Made by a program: the position numbers and the translations under genes | In this document: positions 49,444-64,000 of the stretch, piece by piece | Position numbering within the stretch: the stretch's first letter is position 1 | Layout of the letters: every line of letters begins with the position of its first letter | DNA from: Carcharhinus amblyrhynchos | Lineage: Eukaryota | Reading direction: 5' to 3' | Length of the DNA stretch: 64,000 nt | NCBI GenBank assembly: GCA_965287045.1 | Contig: OZ336886.1 | Coordinates: 29,760,001-29,824,000, forward strand | Notes under the pieces: model-generated | What the model saw: the letters and a program-made list of their open reading frames with translations, nothing else | Told to the model about the DNA's origin: nothing | The model's database searches: none

Positions 49444-52400
49444 GCCCTTGTTCCAAAAAGGAGTCTTACTACATTATATTAATTCCAGTACAGTCATATT
49501 TTGAGGCTGTATCTTTATACACCGCGTGTTCTCCAATTAAACATCACCATGCTAATACTTTGTTTCTACATTTGAAGGTTGCTGTAGCAAACCCGAATCG
49601 ATCTTATAGGAGTTCGACTTTGTTTACTTGATTATTGTGCTGGCTGCTGAGAGCTGACTGCGGAAAGGGCTTGGTTAATTGATTGATTGACAGGGGCTGC
49701 GCTCCTGTCCTGCTCTGGGCGGCAGGTGTGAGAGCCCCGCACCGTTCTACCACATTAACCTTTTCATGCTTTCACGGGGTCGCGACACATTACAAATGGT
49801 CAGCTTTAATCATTGTGTCAGCTCGTTAGCATGGCGCGCCCTTGCAAACGGCGCTGGATGATCAGTCTTCATTCCGCTTTCAGTCAGACTCTGGGGCTGC
49901 AGCCAGCATTTAAACAACAAATAGAAATTGTCGCAGCTTCAGAAAGTTACAACCCGAGCGGACTTATCCTCCGGGTTCCTGATGTAGACACTAAACTCGG
50001 ATGTCATACAACTCATTGGGAGATCACACACGCTGCTACAATTGATTTAAATCCATTTGGAATTTTCCAGCTATGTGACTTGTAATACAAAACGCACTTC
50101 GCCAAAACAAAAACACGTTTCCATATTTTCCAGAGCGTAACTAGACTTAATTTGTTGCAAATGTTATATTGGAAGCCAAGTTATCATTTGTTCATGCTTG
50201 AATTGCCATAGTATTGTACTAAATTATATAAAAAATGTACTTGCACCGTGTGTAATTGTTGATAATTAAGTTTCTCTTTAAGTTGCTGAACTAAAATCCG
50301 AATTCGGTAGCCATATGTGCACATGAGCAAACATTTTACCATGTGATGTATTGCCTACAGCTAAGCAGGCAGCCGTGTTTGAATGGAGTTTGGAGGTAAT
50401 AAAGATAAGGCGTGAAATCTGCTTTGACATATTAAATAGGCACATTTTGAGAACCTTTACTATTTAAAAGCCTGTTAAACGTGGACATCTGCTTAAAGAG
50501 AGCGGTTAAAATCACTTATTTTAAAAAAGATTCGCCCTAAGACGCCTCTGCTGCCCTTCGCCGCATAGCTTGTAGCTTTGTGAGGTGATTTTATTTCCCC
50601 CCCTCGGTATTTTCTTTTGAAGGCTGGTCAGAGGGAAACGTACCTAGAATAAATCTGCCCTGTAATCACTGCTACTGTATCACGCCTGTTAAGCTTTAAG
50701 CACAGATTGCAAGAGCACAAAAAATGGAATCCTCCTTCCTCCCTCCCCCCAAAAAAAAGTATAGAGGATGTCAGGAGCGCATTGTCACTAATGAAAATTG
50801 ATCTTTAGTAGGTTTATGCTGCTAGAAATAGCCTCCTGACCGCCTATAATATTGCAAAGGTTCCACCTGCCGTGACAGATGAAGTCATAAACAAGTTTGA
50901 TCTGGGAATCAAGCTTCGATAAATATTAAACACAGTCCTTTACACGTGTGTATTATGATGTATGGCGCGTCGAACTTTAAAATAAGGAAATTACCGAAGA
51001 AAATGATATCAATAAATTTTCTAAGTATAAACGTTGATTATGTTTCGATTTTCATTCAAAAGCTTGGTGTTGCTGGTACAAATGACATCTCACAATGGGC
51101 TGCAAAAAAGGCTCCCTATTCCACGGGAGCCTGGAGGTGTACAATTTATGTAATCGGGGCTGGAAAATGAATTGTGTAATTTATTGGAAAACAGAAGTCA
51201 TCGAGATTAGATCAGCATAGCCTATCAAAGGGCTACAATCCATCAAGTTCCAATTAACAACCTAAGACGCGTAAACCATAGAGCGTTAATGGGTTTCCAA
51301 TCTACTGGACTGATAGACTCATCAATTCCTCGGGGATGAATTAAGAAAATCGACCGCCCCGTAGCGTGTAGTGTCATTCTTTTCAGCAACTATATGTCAA
51401 ATTAAAAACACAATTAAAATTTAAACTGTTTCAATCAGAGGTGCCCTGCAACCTATGTTTCACTTAATAGAACTTTGATGAAAATCTGATGGTTACACTC
51501 CATCACTGAGGCGAATGGGACTCAGAGGTGCAAAGGATTCTTTAAACTGCGGATCTAAAAAAATAATAATAGACCCGGGTGATGCTCAGTAGGGCTCACA
51601 CTTGACATCGGGTAGAACAAGGTACAGGTTTCCAACTGAGCAGCAGATACTTCAACCCTGCGACTTATTTTGTATATCTGATGATGTTAGTCTGCAGAAT
51701 AATAAATTGGGCTCGGCCGGAAAGCGCGAATCACGATTCATTTACTAAGTAAACCTATTTCAGAGATGCCTTTACAAGAGACAAGGGTTCGAAACGCGAA
51801 TGAAGACATTTTAGCAGCAATTAACCTCCATTCTGACTTTTTTTTAAAAAAGAAACACATATGACGAGTATCACAGTTTATTTGGAGTTTGGAGATGAAG
51901 TTTGAAGGCCCCCTAGGTATTGAGCGCTCATTTTCACTCCCACCCACCCCCTTCCCCGCCGTGCCAACAAACCAAGGTCACAATATTCCAAGAGCGTGCG
52001 ATGAACAATACAGCTCTCATTGAAACAATATTTTACAGACATTTTACGATCAATACCAACTAAAGCATAATGCTATGCCAATCTATTAATGCTCTTTAAT
52101 GGCCCCTCGCAGAGTTTGCATCGCCCAAGTCGATACTGGAACGTGATTATCTCGAAGGTGCTTTGTATCTCGTCCCTCTGAATAAAACAAACACATTCTA
52201 TGCACAAATAAAGTTTGTAAACAAATATACTGACCTATCAATTGCCGCTGTTCCTCTCCCCCCTCCCCGGAAAGCTGCAAAGCGTTCCTGAGAGATAGGC
52301 ACAGATTAACGCCAGAGTTGAACAGATATTTTGAAGAGTTCGACGCAAATTAGTGCAGTGTTAAACTGCAAAATACCCGCAGGCCGCCGAAGCTGAACTA

Positions 52401-52842
52401 AGCTCACTACAAATGATCCGCATGGTCATTCTGAAGACTGTTCCGGAGAGTGATGGAAAGGTTATATCTGTTTGGAATGATTGGAGTGTTTGCTATACAA
52501 AACTTTCCAGTGTTTTGCACCAAATAAAAGAAATACATATTTGTGTAAGGTACAAATATGACAACGGGGTATGTGCAGCCATATTTATAGAAATGACCAT
52601 ATATCAAACAAAAGCAGAGATTTGGGAACCTGAACGTTTAAGTACTAAGAGATGTCCACGTTTATGATGAGCCTTTGTACAGTTAGCGTCTCTTATTTCT
52701 CAGACATCACTCTGCAATCCATCCTTTACCTATGCTTTATAAGTCCACCCTTCAAAGTGTAAACGTTATTAGTCCTTAAAAAGAACTGTACATGATTTGT
52801 GCATTCCCCATTATAATGATGATCGCGTGATACAGATAAACA

Positions 52843-52910
52843 AAGGAACAGACGTAGGCCATTCAGCCCATCGAGCCTGCCCCATCTTTCACTTAGACCA
52901 TGGCTGATAA
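52843..52910 (-). mobile_element. Short CR1 3' UTR remnant
   Basis: gtaggccattcagcccatcgagcctgcccc..ccatggctgat. Confidence 0.6.
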
Positions 52911-55900
52911 AGTAATCATTCACATGCCTAACGGAATTGAAACATGCCATCATGCATCCTTAAGTTTTATATTTCTAAATAAGAAGTTTTGCCAAATAAT
53001 GGAACAGATAAGCTAGTCATGTTAAATGTCTTACTTGATGAATATTCTGATAAAAATGTAAAAGCTGCTTAGTTGCATGTCCTTTTTATTTAAACAGGTT
53101 TGTGATAGTGACTTTCTGAAATCGTTTTCCCTCAACAGTTCTTGTCTGACCATTAATCCCAGGCACCGAGCGAGAAAATTATTTCTGTGGGGGAAATGGG
53201 TGACAAGTTATATTGGTAGTTAAGATGTTGAGGAGGGGAAATAACATGAAACCAAATGAATGAATGATGGAAAGATGAGAACAAGAAATTAGTCTCCGTG
53301 TTTATTAAATATTTTAATTGGCCAGTAACCACTTTAGTACCACTGGTATGTGGACATGAGGTGTAAACAAATTGATTTTACCTGAATTGTGTAGAAAGTG
53401 TGTTACAAATAAAATCTGGAAAATTGAAATACCATCAGATGAAAGAACTAAGTAACAGAGAAGCCTGCAAAATTACTAAAAAAAGACCTTGGAAAAAGGA
53501 TTACTACAATCGTAAATCTTCGAAACATAATTATACTTCTACATACGCTCTTACATATTTGGAATGGCTCCTATATTCAAAGGTGTGACTATATTTCATC
53601 ATATCACCATATTGTTTGAATTAACAAACTAACCGTAGTTCCAAATCTTATTATTTTAATGCATATATACTTGATATGCAACCATAGAATCTCATGAAAG
53701 TGGGATGTTGGAACTGGTCACCTAAAGCCAAAAAAATCAAAAACAGGCATTTTGTTTTATTTTTTGATGTAAAGTTGAACTGATTATTGAAAAGAAATGA
53801 AATTTCTACAGGTTGGTACTGAATCAGATACAACACAGTTGTTGCATCAGGAAAGTTGCGTTAGCAAGAGGGCACCACGCCTTTTTCCTACAAGACTGTC
53901 TTTTAGTTAGCAGACGCTTTGCAACTTAATCAATTTTAAAATGCAATCAAAGTGCAAAATTAGAAGTTTAACAATGGGTGTTTATCGGTCAGCTCTTGAT
54001 AGAGTATAGATTAGGTCAGACAAGGTACTTTTAGGACACTCAATACAAAATAAAAGTACTTTTGATTATTTGTAGTCGTTGTTTTCTGTTGGTTAAACTG
54101 TTGAGTGTTTACTATATAAACGCCTTAAAGTTCATGATGACACTGTTGTCATAAAGTTAGTATCGCCAACAATGCAAGGCACAATTTTGTTATTACTTCA
54201 CACAAGAGGCAACATATTTTGGCTTCTGTGTTGTGTTTATTTTCAACCATGACGCATAACAAATTAAAACACAATCAAAGGCTCAGAGCCACCTAGTTAG
54301 CGTCTTGTCACTTGCGAATCATCTGAGAACACTGTTGACAGCTTCCACGCAATAAGCTAACAGCAATGCTATCTGAAAATCAGAACACGGCGCTGATGCT
54401 TTCTTGGATGTCAACCATAAAAATACACACGGAATAATCTAGAGTTGTTCATCTGTAAAGGACTATAACCGTGACCTTCTGCAAAAATAGGAATGGTTAA
54501 AATATATTTTCAGTATACAAGCGCCGGCACGTATCTGTGCTTTCAAGGACTCACTAAACCTGGTTGGTCTGTACTTGATCCAGCAAGGGCATTTGGCTGA
54601 TTTGAGGGTACTATTTAGATATCACACCACTCTCAGAATAGAAACTATCCTTTTGCTCGCCGGAACTCCATTTAAAAAAAATAAAAAATTGTCATAAAGG
54701 CAATTTTAAAAAAATCATATTTAATATACTCCTACCTTGTGAGCGTGCGCGTGTGTGTATACAACAAAGTGAGGTGCACTGACATTGCGAAATAGGTCTA
54801 CAGGTTGTACCCTTAACTGTAAATAGTTCCAGTTCCCTCGGAGAATCAGTCGGCCTTCCCAATAACATTCACTATAAATTGAAAGGACTTTTTGAAAAGT
54901 TTTTGATTGAAAAAAAGAATCACTTTGCGGATCAGCCATCGGTTTCACAGCAGTTTCCTAACTTAGTTAGTTTAATTAACAACTCTCTGAGATTTCAAAA
55001 CTAAAGCCGTGAAGGGAGACAGCAGATGTGATAGTCGTGCAAAGCGTGACTCCAAAATAAACACCAACCTCACTACATTAGATAAAATACAGCATGTAAC
55101 AGGTAACAGTTAACTCAAAATACTTCGGAATAATTACTGAAAAGTTGCAGTGGTGTTTCCTTTGCTGTGTAGAATAATGTATTCATCTGATTAAGATACA
55201 CGAATGCATTATGTAAAATACCGATCCAGCTAGTTTCCTGCTAAACTGTTATGTCCTCAAGCATGGACGCCATGAAATTTTAGGCCTCTCAACTGATGGC
55301 GTTTCAGCAAATATCTTGGCCATAAATGGCATTTTATTGACGAACCAGCTGCTTCCCTGTTTTTTGAGCCAATGTTTGGATGAAACTACACATTTGGGTA
55401 ACAAGGAATGCTTACATTTTATTTTAGTTTACAACAAGTCTGTTCAACAAAATTCGGCATTACAATATCAAAAAACGCCAATATTTTATTTCTTTTTTTC
55501 TAAAACATACAGAACACCCATTATTCTCACAGCAAATAACTATGTTACATCTGGAGAAATCATCAGAAATAATAAACACAACAGTATTTTAGTCTGGAAA
55601 AAAATTAGAAACTTTATCTTTTGACCTCTTCGATAAACTTACAATCCAGGCAAATTAAAATACGCTGCCACCACGTAAACAGTACATTTATTAAATAAAT
55701 AAACAGAACCTTAAATATTTTTTCTGATTGTCCTTCAGTTAAAGCGCCTTGACATGAGAAATTTGATAGTATTCAGAATCTCCACACGCTAATCGTCACA
55801 CGTATTCCAGTTTAGACCAATGTACGTTGGATTTCGACTTGTACTGATTTTTTTCTCGTGACTCCAAAAACAGTGCTTTAACTTCTTTAGTACAATATTG

Positions 55901-56202
55901 CACAGATACGTGAAACCATAATTAAGAACAACATCGTCACCACTCCTTTTAGTACTTACAAAAAAGACATTTACAGCAGGTCCTCTCAAAACTACATGGC
56001 TTGATCTTACAAAACAAAAAAAATGGTTAAACAGAATGAGAATAAATTGATAAACCAGACTGGCCTTAAAGGGGTACAGGTGAGGCTAAAGGATATGAGC
56101 AATGTAGAAATTTACAGCTGGTCTTCTTGTGGCTCGTTGTTTCAAAACTACAAGGTCTAATCTTACAAAAAAGAGTAATGTAAGTTAAATATTAAAATAA
56201 AA

Positions 56203-57408
<1,206 letters not shown>

Positions 57409-57539
57409 TCATACAAGTTAAATGCAGAAAGTATACGGCGATTGGGCACGGACAATGGCAAATGGGATTACCGAAGGGAAAAAAAAGAATGGCATGTAAT
57501 GAGTCCACCTCCCTATACTTTGCGCTTCGCTTAAGGCTA

Positions 57540-57690
57540 TAAGAGCTCGCCTGTTATTGGCTTTATATAGTCCAATTAGGCAGCAAATGAGGACGAGACT
57601 AATACCACAAAAGAAACTCGTCCTGTAAACCACCACTAGACGAGCAGTAGGCAAATGACTTACTCCTGTCCATTGGCACAAAACGCTGCT
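57540..57690 (-). promoter_or_regulatory. HMX3 promoter candidate
   Basis: TATATAAA on the minus strand at 57562-57569, flanked by CCAAT elements (57556-57560, 57572-57576, 57672-57676). Confidence 0.45.
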
Positions 57691-60600
57691 TCATTTCCAT
57701 CTGTAAGAGAAATTTGTTTAAAGTGCCCAGGCTTTTTTGCTCCTCTGTCAGTTTGAGAGCCTCAGCACCCCGGTCACCCATTGAGGGAGCACATTTTCCA
57801 ATGAGGAAACAAAACAACCTTGTTTCTGTAAATTGGTTATTTTCCCAGCCTTTGTCCTTTTTTAAAAAAAATCCAGTTTCTATCCTGGCTGGTTGGTGCT
57901 GCACAGAAAAAATAAAGCTTCTCCGTCTTTGAAGCAGCCAGATTCAAAAAGAGATGTCCACAGTGTTCCATGCGGTTTTAAACTGAGACGTAGAATTTGA
58001 GAGGTTTTCGTGATGGAGTATTATATGCCAGGGATATATGGCACATTAAAACGCGATTTTATGAAGTGTAGCACTGCAAGAAATAGCAATAATTTTATTA
58101 TGGAAGCAAGCCCAATTTGTATATGAAGATTTATAAGTAGAACGGATATGGTATGACCTCAGATTGAAGCAGGATTTCGCATATGTCATTTTAATGTTAT
58201 ACTGTATTTCTCATGAGTTCATTTAATAGAGATAAACCATTTCCACCGTTTGCCTGACGAATTTACCCCCCACCACCACCCCCGCCCAGCCCCCACCCCT
58301 CTACTTTCTCTCTCACCCATACACATACACACACAAGTCGTGGATAGCTTGCGCACTTCTACTTTGTAAAAGGCAAAAACGTGTATAATATTTTAGAATG
58401 TTATTTTAGGCGCAGCCTATTATAACACTAACATTTGCAAAACGAGACAGCACTAATTCAGTACGATGAGGAAGAGGAGACTAGTGCCTGTAAACGAGAC
58501 TAGTTTTATATTAATCTACCACTTAGGTGTAGCCCTTGGCTTTTGGTAAATGTCAACCGAAGATTGTATTTTGATCATTATTCCAATTTCTACTGCGGAC
58601 AAACATGTTATTCTACCCATCTCGCCAGCTCAGTTTGGCAAACAACATATCGGCGTGTTGCAGGGGAATTTGATTGAATTTGTTTTGAAAGCTTTAATCT
58701 ACGGCTTCCATTTAGTTTATCTTCATTTTCATATTACTAATGTGTTTCCTTTACGTTGCTGTTGAACACAGCGCATTATTTGTATTACTCATATATTTAC
58801 ATATGCTCTAGAATTGGAATCGGATAGAAGGCGTCAATTTGCTGTTTGGACCGAAAGCACACACTAGATAAAGAATGCAACATTCCAGCTCTCATCTAGA
58901 ATGCAGATAGTTCACAGCAGTGATGAACATGCCGACACATTTGGATGAGTGTGCGTGCAAATTGAAACACCCATTATCATTCCTGTATCAACCTATGGCG
59001 TTTGTTGTTTACCCAATGTTAAATTTCGTTTCGTTCATGCAGAGTGACAGCATTCACAACTTAGTACCATTCCGCAGGATACAAGGCTCTATTTCACTAT
59101 AAACGGCCAGGCTAATCTACCAGTTATCTACCTTTTACTCCTGTCTTTGATTGAGACTGGTGTCTACATCTCCACAACACGCTATGTATTCTCTTTCAGC
59201 ACATAGTACAATTGCATTATTGTCCATTCTAATAGACGCAAATGAAGCGATACTACCCGCTGTGACACCCAGGAAAACATTTACTCAAATCTATGGGGAA
59301 ATGAGTCATGGGTGCATAACTTTATATAGACAAATACTTGTTAACGATCACACAGGGCAGTAAAGGTAGCTGTTGCAATGTTAATTACAACTACAATGCA
59401 TTCCCCTACAGGCTGCAGATTAATTCATGATTTGCATTTGCAATTAATTTGTGTTTTCAAAAAGAGAATCACCTGCACCCACGATGAGGACTATGTCGTG
59501 TTGATAGTCATTAAAAAGAGGACTGGACTTACTTCTGAAGTTCGAGCCTCATTACGCCAACGCCATAAAGCTCTTTTGTTCTACAGTTCCTCGTATTTGC
59601 CTGCCGAACTGAAATATTGCCAAGGAGACTAAGCGCAATTGTTTGCGAGATTATATGCAAGGGAGAGAATATATACCAGGGCTTCAGTCAGTTATTTAAA
59701 GGCAACTGCTGAATGACTATGTAAATATATGTAATATCCAAAGGTGGTCAGATGGCAAAGTGAGATACAGTACTCCTCAAACAAATCTAAACTGTGTACC
59801 CTTTTAAAGGGGAGCGCAATGAACAAAGTGATAAAAGAACGAGCCAAATAATTTTAGATATGGGGATATGATTTCTTTTGAATGAAGTGCGGGGTATGTA
59901 AGGAGTTTGGGTCTCTTTTGATGGATGCCTCTGTAGATTGCGAGCCGGTGAGAACTAGTGAACGCTGCGAGATCCTCATTCAAAACTGGCCACTGACACC
60001 ATTACCGGAAACGGTTGGTATCAAAACATGCATTTCAGTAGGCGCATTTGAACGCGTGAGGAGGCAGGTATTTCATTCCACCATTTAACTGACTTGGCCT
60101 TTATTATCATTTGGCAACTTTTCCGTGGTCTATTTATATTCTGGTTGAATTCGTCATGTTGATGGGAAGCAATAGCATTAATTATCTTAACATTAATGCG
60201 CTGGTTGGGACTGAAATGGACACGTGTTCCCATGATGAGGAATAACCAGCTTCGATAAAGAAAGTGAGAGTGTCCTTCTGTACAACAAACATTACAATTT
60301 AAGATTATTTTCTTTAAAGATACCAGCTTTTGCAAACCAACAAGGAAGTCTAATCTAAATCATTAATTCATATATGTCTTGCAACGTTAATGTCTCGGGG
60401 TGCTAAAGATGACTTAAAAATATTAATCGTATCACATTTACACCTGACCTTCACATTTCGAGGTTGCATGCTATCATTGTTGAAACTTTTTAAAATACTT
60501 TCAATATCCTATTACGGTACTATCTCATTAGTTACGTTTGAATAGCACATGCACGGTATATCATAGTCGTTTTATACTTACAAATACAATAACTATAACA

Positions 60601-63600
60601 GAGCACTTCGCATTATCGGTGTGGCATATTAACAGAAGTTAGCACAGATGTGTATAAAAGTCTTTAAGTACTGTTGAAGATGCACATATATCGTAGTGTA
60701 GACTGATGGTTGAGGGAAAATGCTGCTCTAAATTGACAGGTAAATGTTTATTTCTGATATCTTGCATCACCCCTACTCTTGCACTTGTTTTCCTAGTTCG
60801 CTTTACGCAGCCACTGAGCGATTGTCCCACTATATGCTGTTTTAAACAATTTGTCCCCTTCCAGATCATTGCAGATCAGAATCCTGCAATGGCCAGTGTA
60901 CTTACTGTAAAAATAGTTAAACATAATTTACTGTGAACTCTCTGAAAACTTAGTAAAACATTGAATCTGGTGCTTGGTATAAAATCATGAACGAAGCAAA
61001 CTGAATTGATTGGATATGTATTGTTAAATGTGATATAAATGCTGCAGGAACACACACAACACATTACACAACTGTGCTTAAAAGCATCGTTAACACACTT
61101 TGATTTGGCTCTTTCTTTGAATGCGGCAATTAGCGGTTAGGAACAAAATGGTCCATATCGAAATTGGACAATGTGTTTTTAAAAGCAGCCACCTTCTTAT
61201 TAATTACATGACTTTCACTAAAGGAATGCATTGTCCTCTCTGATGTTGCTTGGAGATCACATTCGTCCCTCCACTGTGTTGCAAACTGACTTTTTTTTCT
61301 GTTGCTAATTATTTCCCTCCAGGTTATGGGAAGACAGATCAGAGAGGAACAGCTTTCGAGGTCTTAAAACAACCCCTGAGGAGAAGACATCAGAAACCGC
61401 GAACATGTCCATCAGGGCAGTCAATCTCTCTGACAGCAGATACTTATCATCAGGGAGCTCCTTTGTAATATGAAGTCTTGAAACAAGAGATAAACGAGCT
61501 GCTTGATACTTTAGGTGTTGTCCCTGAATGTTGAAGACTTATATCGTTTTAGGGAATGATTCTTTTCCTCTCTTTTACTCCCCAGTTTCTTTTTAAAGAG
61601 ATGACAATCATGTCACTAGACAGAGACAGAGGTAAGCCAAGGGCAATTAACCTTTTGCCAGCTGCAGTGAGAGTTTGGAACCACACCCCGGAATCCTATT
61701 TGTCTGCGGTGTTCTGTAAGGAGGGGAGTTATGTGGGAGAAGTTCTGTTCCTTTGGCATAAATGTTCTACCGTGATTCGGGATAAGTTACTGTGTGTGGC
61801 TGGAAGAATCACAGTTTGGGGGAAAGTACGTCATTAGTTCTCAGGATTAATGTTGTGTACAGGAAACCCCAAACCCCTCTCATCTGCTTGATAAAGCCAT
61901 TCAGGAATTGTTCAGGAACAAGTTGTTTTATCACTTCTGACGAAGGAGCACTGCAGATAGAAGTGACTGAATGATTCATAATTAGGGATGTGTGGCGAAC
62001 GTTTCCTGTAACAGCACCCCCTATCGATATACATTCTCTTCATCACCATTCAAGTAATTTACAAGTCAGCATCATGCATTTTTGTATTCTACTTAAAAAG
62101 AACACGGCCTGGCATTAATCAATTTTGTTTCTGTTGGGAACAAAAATGTAGAAAAACATGGTCTGTATTAACAGGGAAAAATGGCCGAATCATATCAGAC
62201 ATTTGTCAAAAAGTTTGTGCAATTCTGCGGGGTCTGTTTTTATGAGTTTGGAAGGTGTTGGATTTGTCGCTTTGTAGGGATCTTTGATTGTGTTAGGCTT
62301 ATTCTTTTTTACAAATCTGATTCTTTTTGTTATATTCGGCTTAACTCTAAGACTTCAAAACGAGCCTGGAATTACTCTGTATTCAAAGCTGATTTAAACC
62401 CAGAATATGATTCTAATACATTCTTGACGCCATGTGTGCGAATTGAGGACGTCAATTAAAAATGCTTGGAAAAGATCACAACGGAAATTGGAATCCCGCT
62501 TTCAACTCAATATTATAAATGAAGGAAAATGACACCTGTATTATTAAACTTGTAGACCATTATCAGGCCCAGAACTAAAAAGAGCGGGAAGGGGAATCAG
62601 CATCCATTCTTATAATTCTTCAGATAAGCTGTCCCCTGCTTCAATATTTTTTCAGCAAGGTGTCAGGACATTATTTAGAGAGAAAAAAAGTACTTCAAAT
62701 TTTAACTCCAGGACCTAATTGCTTCTTTTCAACACAGTTAACTATGTGTGGAAATTAGATGGGGCGTGCGTACAAAGCTGAAAACAAACTCAAAATAGCG
62801 AATGCATAAATTACAAGCTGCATTAGAAATAATTCATTTCAATGCATTGAAAACAATTTGGTTTGATCGGAGGGGAAAGCAAGCGTAAATCAAAGCCTGG
62901 TTTATTCAGATCGTTTTTGGAAAGTCGCTGCCCTCTTTTTTTCTAAGCAAACATATCTGTAAACCTGATAAATGACACAGAAGTGTTTGTTTACACAAGT
63001 CTGGCATTAAGAACCGGCTAGAGAGAGAAACAAATCCTTTGTTTACTTGTGGCCTCTCTGACTGCTTGATGAAGTGATTGGAAATCAAGCTACAATTGAT
63101 GTTAGGAATGGGGGAGAAAAACACTGCGGATCTGAAATAAAAACAGGAGCTGTTGGAAACACACAGCAAGCCAGTGTGGGACGCAGACAGCATTTACAGC
63201 AGTTTTTGATCTTGTTACAGCAGATGTCATGTATTTAAGCACTGAAGGTGCCGCAGTGGGGTTTACATTACACTCATGTGTGATTTACTGTCGTACGCAT
63301 TTTATTTTTAATACAGAAGTTATTATGATTCAGGCTATAGGTGGGTAACATTGTCAAATGGTATTTGTCTTTGCAGGCTAGTCTGATACCAGGAACTCAA
63401 TGATATCTTTCCAAACCCGCCTTTATTTCTCGAGAATTGTGACAGTGACTTTTTAGTAGTTGGCCAAATTGATCCGGAACCTTCTCTTTAACATCTTAAA
63501 GGCGAGGTAATTTGTTCGATTGTTATACCCTCCGTGCTGGTGTGAGTATTCCGTTAATACAGCTACATGTCTCCTGGATTCCCTGCTCATTTTAAGCAGT

Positions 63601-64000
63601 CAAGAAAAAAAAACAGCACAATGTAACCGGTATGTAGATAACAAGGCTGAATCGGTATGACATACACTGACAATAATAACGTGCCATCACTTTCACAGTT
63701 AAATATACATGATTCCAAACTATAATATTCATCATCGTAACGCTGGATAGTTCAGAAATGCTGACGATAGTAATGTCATATAATTCCTTTATCCACAAAA
63801 AGGCAATATCCGACCAAAACAATGTTCAGGTCGTGTGAATTATTCAATATTATTGCATTATCATGCTCAGTCATGATGAATGCCCCAAATGAAAGCTTTG
63901 AATCATGATTCACTCGGCGAATGTGTTAATGGAGAAAATGCTAACCTCGATATCTTTCTAAATAATTTATCCAAGCCCAAATGTATCTAAGATGGTATCT

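Noticed and set aside
51109-51132. aggctccc/gggagcct 8-bp hairpin
   Set aside because: Short enough to arise by chance in 64 kb, with no other support.
61931-61960. CTGACGAAGGAGCA hammerhead-like start
   Set aside because: The stem II 3' arm and GAAA are missing. At most a dead Penelope remnant.

Overview
Vertebrate genomic DNA, almost certainly from a cartilaginous fish (shark), judged from HE1-like V-SINEs, HER1/CR1 LINEs, Deu-domain SINEs and Penelope-type fragments. The minus strand carries the conserved cluster HMX3 - HMX2 - BUB3. HMX3 has 2 exons (299 aa) and HMX2 has 2 exons (268 aa). BUB3 has one non-coding exon plus six coding exons; it encodes 324 aa if the last donor is read through. 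Positions 1 to ~40,300 (BUB3 introns and 3' flank) are dense with nested retroelements, including a young 5'-truncated CR1 with an unbroken 541-codon RT frame. Positions ~40,300-64,000 are nearly transposon-free, keep their CpGs, and hold several candidate conserved enhancers. Four things stand out. (i) Three short Penelope-derived inserts carry minimal, dimer-type hammerhead ribozyme motifs; two have target-site duplications and one has a U3-A8 compensatory core. (ii) HMX3 has a stop-free, in-frame 99-nt intron. (iii) HMX2 has overlapping tandem splice donors that could give a homeodomain-less isoform or an in-frame HMX2-BUB3 read-through. (iv) A SINE and a LINE share a 3' tail, and V-SINEs occur with two different tails. 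All calls are by eye, with no searches run. Repeat boundaries are approximate.
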